In this document: one piece after another, positions 31,772 through 40,482 of the stretch | Layout: each line of letters starts with the position of its first letter | How positions within the stretch are numbered: the stretch's first letter is position 1 | Source of the DNA: Syntrophales bacterium | GTDB lineage: Bacteria > Desulfobacterota > Syntrophia > Syntrophales > PHBD01 | Assembly: GCA_963668175.1 (NCBI GenBank) | Contig: OY764159.1 | Location: 2,048,001-2,112,000, forward strand | Length of the DNA: 64,000 bases | Direction of reading: 5' to 3' | The notes under the pieces: generated by a model | What the model was told of the DNA's origin: nothing | The model's input: the letters and a program-made list of their open reading frames with translations, nothing else | Database searches by the model: none | Translations under genes and position numbers: made by a program

Positions 31772-32113
31772 TCATTTGGGTTTTCCATAGGAACCGTTCT
31801 GCCAAGATTGCAGTTCGTCAATTAATTCCTCCACAGTAATGACATCATCTAACTGTGTTTCGGGAAAAGAATACACTTCCCCAACAGATTTTTCATTGCT
31901 ATTCGAATTTGCGGGCACTTCAATACCGGCACCGCTGTATGGACCATATTCCAAATAAGATTCAGCATCCTGGAAAAACCATGAAGTAACATCTTGTGTC
32001 CCCTCAAGGTTCTTCCCGATAAATACTAAAGAATTAATAATCGGGTACTCAAAATTTTTGTCCAAAAAATGCAATTGGAAATATGGTTTGCCATAAATGA
32101 AATGCTTATTCAT
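31772..32113 (-). CDS. Putative immunity protein, cassette 6
   Basis: AT-rich ORF directly after the orphan tip; AGGAG RBS. Confidence 0.7.
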   Translation of the reverse strand: MNKHFIYGKPYFQLHFLDKNFEYPIINSLVFIGKNLEGTQDVTSWFFQDAESYLEYGPYSGAGIEVPANSNSNEKSVGEVYSFPETQLDDVITVEELIDELQSWQNGSYGKPK

Positions 32114-32154
32114 ATATGCTCCTTTGCTTTTTCGGAGACTGGATTATCCTATAA

Positions 32155-32853
32155 TCAAGGTACGAATACGGGACCCCTTGAAGGTGATCCGACCCCTTCA
32201 CCTTGTCCACCGAATGAACCGCCTGGCACGAGGGGCGGAAACAATCTCCACCATGATTTATCTTCATTATTTGTTTTAGGACAATCATCATCTCCGCATT
32301 CACAATTAATGGTCTTGTCGAAATCAAGTCTTTCAAGCACGGTTCCATTCTTCTCTTTAACTCGTCTGATCTTTTTTGTCCTCTGAACTTGACACGCCAA
32401 TACGCCCTTGTTCCCGCAACGTAATTTACAGACGTCCCAGTCTGGCTTCTTGCATGGTTCGTAAGTTGTGTTCTGGTTTTGTTTCGCGAATCCATTTGGA
32501 TCTACAGAATTAATCGGATCATTTTGGACGTAAGTAGAGAGATTCACATCCCCACCTGCAAACCCGATGGGGTCTTTCGTCACGAATCGTCCAGCCTGGG
32601 GATCGTAGTAACGGGCGCGGTAGAAATACATGGACGTCTCGGCGTCGTATTCCCGGCCGGTGAACATAAAGGGTTGGCTGACATTACCGGAGCCGGAAAC
32701 CGTGACATTCCCGAAGGCATCGTAGCCGTATGTCTGCACCATCGTTCCTGTTGCATCGCTCAATCCCGTAATCGATCCCAGCCCGTCGGCATGGTAGTAA
32801 TAGGGCGTATATCCCGCCCCGCTCTTCGCCTCCACCGCCAGCGGTTCGTCGAT
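32155..32853 (-). pseudogene. Orphan Rhs C-terminal fragment 6 (Cys-rich tip)
   Basis: Core IDEPL...RYYDP..GRF...DPIG...DPNG plus unique tip; no ATG. Confidence 0.88.
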
Positions 32854-32885
32854 GTCATATTTTCAAAGAACGGTTAGCTATCCGT

Positions 32886-33028
32886 AATTAAGTATACTGT
32901 CCCCCGAATTATCTGTCCCCCGAATTATCCTAGTTTTCAAAGAACTTTCAATTACATTTATCTCAATTAAGTACCGCGTCCCCGACCAGGGGACGGGTCC
33001 CCCGAATGGGGATGCTGTCCCCGGAATT
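32886..33028. repeat. REP-like spacer motif AATTAAGTA..TGCTGTCCCC(C/G)GAATT, empty and hairpin-filled copies
   Basis: Empty 32886-32910; filled 32965-33028; further filled copies at 34451-34516, 37101-37146, 39785-39850. Confidence 0.7.
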
Positions 33029-33171
33029 ATTCTGATGCAAAAAGCAGGGGAATAGAGTCCATCAAAGCAATGCCCCTGTGGCTTAGTCTCATTAGCATCA
33101 TCCTATCCTTCCGGTGTGTAGGGTGCTTATCTATCAATTCGGTACCCTCAGATTTATGGAATAAAAGGTCA

Positions 33172-33612
33172 TTAATCCTTGACTATTTCATACTTTCCAT
33201 TTACATCAGAAGGCCTCATTCCGTCAGGATAGGACACCCAGTAGAGATTAAGGTAAATATGTTTTCGATCTGTATCAACCCATGCATAACCAATATCCCA
33301 AATAGGTGTTTTACAGGATATCTTGTCAGGACTGTAAAAAAAGCCTTTTTGGTCACGGTAAGACCAATTCTCTCCTTTGCCGGTTAAGTTGATCGTATAA
33401 CGGCTATTTTCTTTTTTTAAAAAACCGTCAGCTGTGAATAAAGTCGTCTTATTAACTTCTATTTCCATAGTATATCCACCATCAGGATTTGTGCTGACTT
33501 TATAATTTATATCTTTAGCGGAACAATTTTCTACAATAATAAAATTTAAAAACAGAATTGATGCACTCAACAAAGGTATATATTTCATAATTCTCGTTTT
33601 CTTGTTTGACAT
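33172..33612 (-). CDS. Putative exported immunity protein, cassette 5
   Basis: Signal peptide; GGAGG RBS; follows tip. Confidence 0.72.
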   Translation of the reverse strand: MSNKKTRIMKYIPLLSASILFLNFIIVENCSAKDINYKVSTNPDGGYTMEIEVNKTTLFTADGFLKKENSRYTINLTGKGENWSYRDQKGFFYSPDKISCKTPIWDIGYAWVDTDRKHIYLNLYWVSYPDGMRPSDVNGKYEIVKD

Positions 33613-33616
33613 GTAA

Positions 33617-34414
33617 TTACCTCCCCGGACATGAACACTTTTCATGCCATCTATTCAACCATATTTTCGTCCATTCTTCTGCTCTACGCCATGCAGCATC
33701 ATCATTATCTGTGCTAAAGCCATCAAAAAAATGTCCAAAACCTAAGTTTTTCCAATACCGAAAAGGCATCCAACGATATCCTTTGGCAAAGTGCACAAAA
33801 TAATCTTGTCCACGATGCATAGCCCTTTGAAAATCATTACTGCTACAATTTGCGATTGCAGCTGATACATGTGCTTCTGACAAAGATAAATCGCGAAAAT
33901 GTCTTTCCGGATTACCAAATATTGTCGGCCCCGTTACGGGGTCTGTATCTTCAAGATAGTAGTCAAAAATATTAGAGCCTGAAAAATCCCTATGCCCTTT
34001 ATAGGCAGAACCTGGACCGCCTTTGTCAAATAACCCCAATGGATCATTTCCGTTTACGGGATCATTTGATACATAAGCATACTTGTTAATACCGCCTGCA
34101 AACCCTATCGGGTCCCTGGTCACGAATCGTCCTGCCTGGGGATCGTAGTATCTCGCCCGGCCCCCTATGCAGGGGGCGCAGTAGAAGTACATCTGTGTTT
34201 CCGCGTCGTACTCCCGGCCGGTGAACATGAACGGCTGGGCGACATTTCCGGAGCCGGAAACGGTGACATTTCCGAAGGCGTCGTAGCCGTATGTCTGCAC
34301 CATCGTTCCCGTCGCATCGCTCAATCCCGTGATCGAACCCAGGCCGTCGGCATGGTAGTAATAGGGCGTGAAACTGCTCCCCGCCTTGACTTCCACCGCC
34401 AGCGGCTCGTCGAT
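33617..34414 (-). pseudogene. Orphan Rhs fragment 5 (H..QD...H tip; carries 21-nt insertion)
   Basis: Rhs core with YFY-CAPCIGG-RARYY; DPLG; tip AMHRGQDYFVH. Confidence 0.88.
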
Positions 34415-34577
34415 TTATGTTTTCAAAGAACTTTAAATTGCATCTATCTCAATGAAGTACCGCGTCCCCTGACCAGGGGACGGGTCCCCCGAATGGGGGA
34501 TGCTATTCCCGGAGTTATTGTTTCCCCCGAATTATTTGAAGATGTCGAAAATATTTGCATCCAGGAAATATTATACA

Positions 34578-35090
34578 TCACTGTTCAGTCGTTACGTTAA
34601 TCGTACTTTGTACGTTAATTTCTAATTCTTGGATTTTTTGCATCGCATAACTATCACACCACTGTTCTTCCGCTTTCGACGAAGATCCGATTAATTTATT
34701 ATTTGAATAGTGTTCAGAATAAACTACATGTCCAATCTCGTGAAATAACAAGAATATAGCATAACGTTTTGCATCAGCTAATTTCCATTTTATCAATCTA
34801 GTTTTTTTGTCGACAATACCCGAGAAGCGCTGGATTTGGTTTATATATTCTTTTTCATCTGTAAGAATCAAACTACTATAATTCTTTAGGCAGAAATTAA
34901 TTCGTATGTCATAATAATTTCCCTTTTGAACAGTCCGTCCTTCTTGAGTTGTTCTTGTATTGCAGCCAAATTCAATTAGTCGTATTTTATTTATATCTTC
35001 AATTGAAACGACGTTCTTAACTTTTGCCGCTTCACTTTTCGATAATGGATATAAATATTCGGCGGACACTTTATTGTATATGATTTTCAT
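34578..35090 (-). CDS. Putative immunity protein with HExxH motif, cassette 4
   Basis: LLFHEIGH...EEQWCD.YA; AT-rich. Confidence 0.7.
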   Translation of the reverse strand: MKIIYNKVSAEYLYPLSKSEAAKVKNVVSIEDINKIRLIEFGCNTRTTQEGRTVQKGNYYDIRINFCLKNYSSLILTDEKEYINQIQRFSGIVDKKTRLIKWKLADAKRYAIFLLFHEIGHVVYSEHYSNNKLIGSSSKAEEQWCDSYAMQKIQELEINVQSTINVTTEQ

Positions 35091-35121
35091 GTTATTCCCG
35101 TTATGTGCATGATTTAGCTAC

Positions 35122-35856
35122 TTATCTTCTGCGCGGCCCTTTAGGTCCTTTCGGTACCCTATTATGTTCTTCACCGTCAGGATGCCCAACATTTCGTTCC
35201 CTTTCTCCACATTGTTTTCGTTCATCTGCTCCTTTACGCTTATTGGGATTTTCAGGTTTTGTATATTTATCCCTTCGGCTTTCCATCGGGGCATTGATCA
35301 AATCATATAATCCTTCACCAATGCCGCCTTCATAGAGTTGATGAGAAAGCCAATCTAAAATACCTACAGCATCATTACCGGCCTGTCGATATGCTTCATC
35401 TAATTGTTTGCTCTGCGGTGTTGGAAGTACAATTGGTAACGGTATAGGACCCGGTAATGCAATTGTCTGTAGACCCTCAGGATCATAATAATTCACAGGA
35501 TCATTTAGGACAAACGAAAATAGATTTACATCACCTGCCTCGAACCCGATGGGGTCTTTCGTCACGAATCGTCCCACAACGGGGTCATAGTAGCGGGCGC
35601 GGCCCCCTATGCAGGGGGCGCAGTAAAAATACATCCCGGTTTCCGCGTCGTACTCACGCCCTGTGAACATAAAGGGCTGGGCGACATTGCCGGAGCCGGA
35701 AACCGTGACATTCCCGAAGGCATCGTAGCCGTATGTCTGCACCATCGTTCCCGTCGCATCGCTCAATCCCGTGATCGAACCCAATCCGTCGGCGTGGTAG
35801 TAATAGGGCGTGAAACTGTTCCCCGCCTTCGCTTCCACCGCCAGCGGTTCGTCGAT
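35122..35856 (-). pseudogene. Orphan Rhs fragment 4 (basic tip; 21-nt insertion)
   Basis: Core plus DPEG; tip ERNVGHPDGEEHNRVPKG. Confidence 0.88.
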
Positions 35857-35903
35857 GTTCGATTGTCAAAGAACTATCAGTTTAGGAGAAGAGAAAATCA
35901 ACA

Positions 35904-36395
35904 TTATCGCGCATCAGCGATCTTTGCATCACGGAGGATACCTTCTTTTGATCGCTGCTTTCCCATGAGATAAACAGAAAATCCATCCCTTACATTTTCA
36001 CAGTCTTTAATCGCATCAGAATAATAGCCCGCCTGATAATTCGCTTCTGCACGATAGAAGAACGAACTTTCTGTATAGTAATGATCGCTTATATCCTTTT
36101 CAATTCTAATTACTTCAGTAAAATCTTTGATCGCATCATCAATATTTCCAGATATTAAATTCCAACGACCTCTCGAGAAATAATCATCAGGTTCTATTGG
36201 TCCTATATTAATTATGGTATTGATATCTTCTATTGCGTCATTCCAACGTTCCATTCGGGCTAATATAAATGATCTTTGTTTATAGCCATCCCGTTCATTA
36301 GGATGATTCAAAATAAAATCATTACATATTTTGAGACCTTTTTCATAGAGACCAGCTTTTGCATATTGATATGCATTTTGGAGATTATCTTTCAT
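35904..36395 (-). CDS. TPR-repeat putative immunity protein, cassette 3
   Basis: Repeated Y..R.......AI.D TPR units. Confidence 0.78.
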   Translation of the reverse strand: MKDNLQNAYQYAKAGLYEKGLKICNDFILNHPNERDGYKQRSFILARMERWNDAIEDINTIINIGPIEPDDYFSRGRWNLISGNIDDAIKDFTEVIRIEKDISDHYYTESSFFYRAEANYQAGYYSDAIKDCENVRDGFSVYLMGKQRSKEGILRDAKIADAR

Positions 36396-36409
36396 TGCGC
36401 ACCTCAAGA

Positions 36410-37063
36410 CTATGGATACCACTCAACTGGATTTCCACCACATCTTTGACTAACATGTCCACGAGCACAATCATGTATATTTCCGTATCCTCCGGTAATA
36501 CCCCTGCTGGGATTAGGCTTATTCAATTCTTTTCTGCACAATTCATAAGCATCTTCCCACTCTTTATCACAATCGTCTTTGCTATCTTCACATTTGGCCG
36601 TCTTAAATAATGGCTTGGGAGGATTCTTTATCAGTTGCGAGATCGCCAATATAACTGGCGGTCCATATACAACTGCCCATTGAATAATTTGAGTATAAAG
36701 ACCTTCTGGATCGTTATATCGAATGGAATTATTTTTAACATAAGTAAACAGATTAAAATCCCCGCCTGCGAACCCAATCGGGTCTTTCGTCAAGAATCGT
36801 CCTGCCTGGGGGTCGTAGTAACGGGCGCGGTAGAAATACATGGACGTCTCGGCGTCGTATTCCCGGCCGGTGAACATAAAGGGTTGGCTGACATTACCGG
36901 AGCCGGAAACCGTGACATTCCCGAAGGCATCGTAGCCGTATGTCTGCACCATCGTACCTGTCGCATCGCTCAATCCCGTAATCGATCCCAGGCCGTCGGC
37001 GTGGTAGTAATAGGGCGTATATCCTGCCCCGCTCTTCGCCTCCACCGCCAGCGGTTCATCGAT
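36410..37063 (-). pseudogene. Orphan Rhs fragment 3
   Basis: Core plus DPEG; tip CDKEW..AYELC...CARG.VSQRCGGNPV. Confidence 0.88.
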
Positions 37064-37167
37064 GTTAGATTTTCAAAGAACTTTAAATTACGTTTTTCTC
37101 AATTAATTACCGGGTCCCCTGACTAGGGGATGCTGTTCCCGAAATTACATAGACCCAAAAAATAAAA

Positions 37168-37509
37168 CTAATTACAGACTGTTTGTTTGCCGTCTCTCAT
37201 TAATTTATATTTTCCTTCAAGTACAAAACCGCTGCGTCCATCGGGTAAGCGTATTTCGATGATCATGTAGCTTTTCACATCTACGCATTTTGTAACTGGC
37301 ACACTTTGACTAGAAGACAGCGTTGCCATCGCATCAGGATGAGGCCATGTCATTGCCTCCTTTTCAGTTGCATAGACAGCCACTATATCTTCTGCAGTTA
37401 ATGTCATTCCGTTGGTCGACAGAATACGATGGATCGAAAAAGCTATCCCGAGTATGAGTAGAATCACTATAATTATGCTGATCAGCATCTTTTTTTTCAA
37501 TGTGCCCAT
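37168..37509 (-). CDS. Putative membrane-anchored immunity protein, cassette 2
   Basis: N-terminal TM; overlaps tip stop. Confidence 0.7.
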   Translation of the reverse strand: MGTLKKKMLISIIIVILLILGIAFSIHRILSTNGMTLTAEDIVAVYATEKEAMTWPHPDAMATLSSSQSVPVTKCVDVKSYMIIEIRLPDGRSGFVLEGKYKLMRDGKQTVCN

Positions 37510-38312
37510 GGCGCGTCTCTCCAATAATCGCGTGACGGACCTTGATAGAATTTTAATCTGTCAAGGTATATCGAGTTAAGTAAATCGTTGCCGATATTGA
37601 CTGGAAAATTTGAATCCGAGAAAGTCATTCCCGTGGCCTCTTTCAAGCATTCTTTATGCGGATCTCCACAGTTATTGGTAAATGTATTGTAATCCTTGCG
37701 TTTCTTTGCATAACATTCAATCAGTTTCTTTTCTTGATCAGGTGTAAGCCTAAGAATCGTACCAACACCGGAACGAAACTTCTCTTGGTTCTGAGCGTAG
37801 CTTGAAGCACTCGGATTACTATCCCATCCTCCTGGAGCCCAAGAGTAGTTTATTCCATTTACATTGGCTGATATATGACCAAATGAAGAACTACCCCATG
37901 TAACCGGCTGCCAGACAATTATTTCTGTATAGAATCCAAAGGAATCAACATAATTGACTGTGTTGTTTCCCACATACCCATACAAATTAAAATCCCCGCC
38001 CTCAAACCCGATGGGGTCTTTCGTCACGAATCGTCCTGCCTGGGGATCGTAGTATCTCGCCCGGCCCCCTATGCAGGGGGCGCAGTAGAAATACATGAAC
38101 GTTTCCGCGTCGTACTCACGGCCGGTGAACATGAAGGGCTGCGAGACGACGCCACTGGCCGTGACTTGGCCAAAGGCATCATAGCCGTATGTCTGGACCA
38201 TCGTTCCCGTTGCATCGCTCAATCCCGTGATCGATCCCAGGCCGTCGGCATGGTAGTAGTAGGGCGTATATCCCGCCCCGCTCTTGACCTCCACCGCCAG
38301 CGCCTCGTCGAT
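37497..38312 (-). pseudogene. Orphan Rhs fragment 2 (permuted papain-like tip; 21-nt insertion)
   Basis: Tip FGHI....G..YSW...Y....NNC (His before Cys). Confidence 0.88.
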
Positions 38313-38360
38313 TTATGTTTTCAAAGAACGGTTAGTTAACTTGGTTTGACCCGTTGAGCG

Positions 38361-38951
38361 TCAAATATAATCAAAAAAGAAATCATTAACTGATAGCAAG
38401 ATGTTTGAGCCACACACCACAAGCGGAGAATGTGGAGCATGCTCAGGTATTAAATCATCGAATAATTGAGCCATTTTCTCGGCACTTCGAATATCTTCAA
38501 TTAATCCATAACTGTTTAATATTAAATGATTGTCTTCAATTAGATTTTCCTTAGAAAAGCGCAAGCTAAATCCGTAAATCGCACTTGTCTGCGTCATAGG
38601 ATCAACTACATCAAACCCGACAAAATCCCAGCCCTCTCGCATGTCAATCTCCGGGAGAGGTTGTGGCCTTGAGACATTACCTCTTAACAGGCGTACAACT
38701 AAATCGGTCGGCAGATCGAATGCAATAATGCGGGCTCCTAAAGGAAATTCCAATGATGAGATACTCGATGGATCAACAAAAAAAAGGTTGATCCCAGATC
38801 GATACTCTCGAGAATTCTCATAGATATTCTCATAGCGCACATCATTGTCATATGAAGTCATAAATAAGTTCTTCAGAGATGAGCTCTTTCGAATGTCAAA
38901 TCCAATAACGGTTCTTTCTGCTGCACAGAGTTTATCGGTTTTTTCTATCAT
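38361..38951 (-). CDS. Putative immunity protein, cassette 1
   Basis: Starts 2 nt after tip stop; GFDI..W.FVGFDV..LN.YGL..PEHAP. Confidence 0.72.
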   Translation of the reverse strand: MIEKTDKLCAAERTVIGFDIRKSSSLKNLFMTSYDNDVRYENIYENSREYRSGINLFFVDPSSISSLEFPLGARIIAFDLPTDLVVRLLRGNVSRPQPLPEIDMREGWDFVGFDVVDPMTQTSAIYGFSLRFSKENLIEDNHLILNSYGLIEDIRSAEKMAQLFDDLIPEHAPHSPLVVCGSNILLSVNDFFFDYI

Positions 38952-38952
38952 C

Positions 38953-39747
38953 TCATCTGCTCCTACGGCCTTGAAAATCTGGGTAACTCGAACAGGGTTT
39001 CATGCCTGCCAGTGGTTCTTCCATAACACCAATACCAACCTTCCCACCAAGATATTGCCACTCACATTTCCCGGAAACCTTGAACATTTGGTAGATGTGA
39101 TAATGATTATTTAACGTTCCGTGACCATGTGTAGTGTGGGGTCCTTCGTAACACTTTGTTCCTACAGGTGGTTTGCAGTCTTGATCACTATTGCATTTCT
39201 TAGATGCAGTATCTTGTATCGAGTCAATCCAATTCTTGATATTTTCCCTTGGTCGACTAAAAAATTCTGTGAAGTCCTGCCATTGTTTCGGCGATAACTT
39301 TATTACGGGTATACCCCAAGATATGGGACCAAATCCTACTCGACTTCCTTCTGCGGAATCTAACCCGTCAGGGTCTATCAAGTTAACAGGCGAGTTCTCA
39401 ACATAAGCATAGAGATTAACATCCCCGCCTGCGAACCCGATGGGGTCTTTCGTCACGAATCGTCCAGCCTGGGGGTCGTAGTAACGGGCGCGGCCCCCTA
39501 TGCAGGGGGCGCAGTAAAAATACATCTGTGTTTCGGAATCGTACTCCCGGCCGGTGAACATGAACGGCTGGCTGACATTTCCGGAGCCGGAAACCGCGAC
39601 ATTCCCAAAGGCGTCGTAGCCGTATGTCTGCACCATCGTTCCCGTCGCATCGCTCAATCCCGTGATCGAACCCAGGCCGTCGGCATGGTAGTAATAGGGC
39701 GTATATCCCGCCCCGCTCTTCACTTCCACCGCCAGCGGCTCGTCGAT
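38953..39747 (-). pseudogene. Orphan Rhs fragment 1 (His-rich tip; 21-nt insertion)
   Basis: Core plus DPDG; tip HTTHGH...HYH. Confidence 0.88.
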
Positions 39748-39882
39748 GTTCGATTGTCAAAGAACTATCAATTACATCTATCTCAATGAAGTACCGCGTC
39801 CCCTGACCAGGGGACGGGTTCCCCGAATGGGGGATGCTGTCCCCGGAATTCTTGTCCTGCTTTCTTCAAGAAGTGGTCTATT

Positions 39883-40482
39883 TTAATTTGATTTTCTTCC
39901 AATATTTAGAATTATCTTTTTTAATAGTATTGCGCATGCAATAATAAAAATAGATTGAAACACCGCCAGCGCAGACATACTAAACCAAATACTCATCACT
40001 CCTTGAATTGCATAAGGGAACAAATTTACAAAGTATTCCCTTATTATACTGGAGATATCTATTAATACAGTTGGAGCAAGATTGACGAACATATTTGATG
40101 GAACAATTACAGGGAAATAGGTTACATAAACTACAATATCAGCGCCGTTTGATCTCTCCCAGTGAGACATGCCCATTGAAAACGACAGGAAGAATAATAA
40201 CGCAGAAATATCAATAGCGAACCAGATAACCATTAATTTATAAAGTCGTTTCCGGCTGATATAAAGAACAGTAGAAATTATCCAAACAAACCATACAAAC
40301 GGTATATATAAGACCAGCCAAGCGAAAAGAGTCTTCTCCGTACCAGCAAAAAAGAAGCTTATAAAAGGCGCGAGAATAGCGATAATGGTAATAACGATCA
40401 GGAAATTCATGAAAGCATCTTCAATACTAAAACGGCGGAGTGAGTAAAATCTATCTTTTATAATAGTACTAAGCCATTTCAT
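39883..40482 (-). CDS. Multi-TM cognate immunity protein of full-length Rhs
   Basis: ATGA overlap with Rhs stop; about 5 hydrophobic segments; AT-rich. Confidence 0.78.
   Translation of the reverse strand: MKWLSTIIKDRFYSLRRFSIEDAFMNFLIVITIIAILAPFISFFFAGTEKTLFAWLVLYIPFVWFVWIISTVLYISRKRLYKLMVIWFAIDISALLFFLSFSMGMSHWERSNGADIVVYVTYFPVIVPSNMFVNLAPTVLIDISSIIREYFVNLFPYAIQGVMSIWFSMSALAVFQSIFIIACAILLKKIILNIGRKSN

Larger units (their letters stand above)
31655..39765 (-). promoter_or_regulatory. Eight dispersed boxA-like motifs GTTCTTTGA(A/C)AA heading the orphan cassettes
   Basis: 31655-66, 32860-71, 32934-45, 34420-31, 35863-74, 37070-81, 38318-29, 39754-65. Confidence 0.7.

Noticed and set aside
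32155..39729. Orphan Rhs ORFs as independently translated genes starting at 'MEV/MEA'
   Set aside because: The start is the internal GTG of LAVE, lacks a clear RBS, and homology extends 18 nt upstream; treated as fragments
31565..39850. Integron cassette array or CRISPR
   Set aside because: Repeats are Rhs coding arms plus a 12-nt motif; no attC-type RYYYAAC..GTTRRRY long palindromes recognised and no integrase
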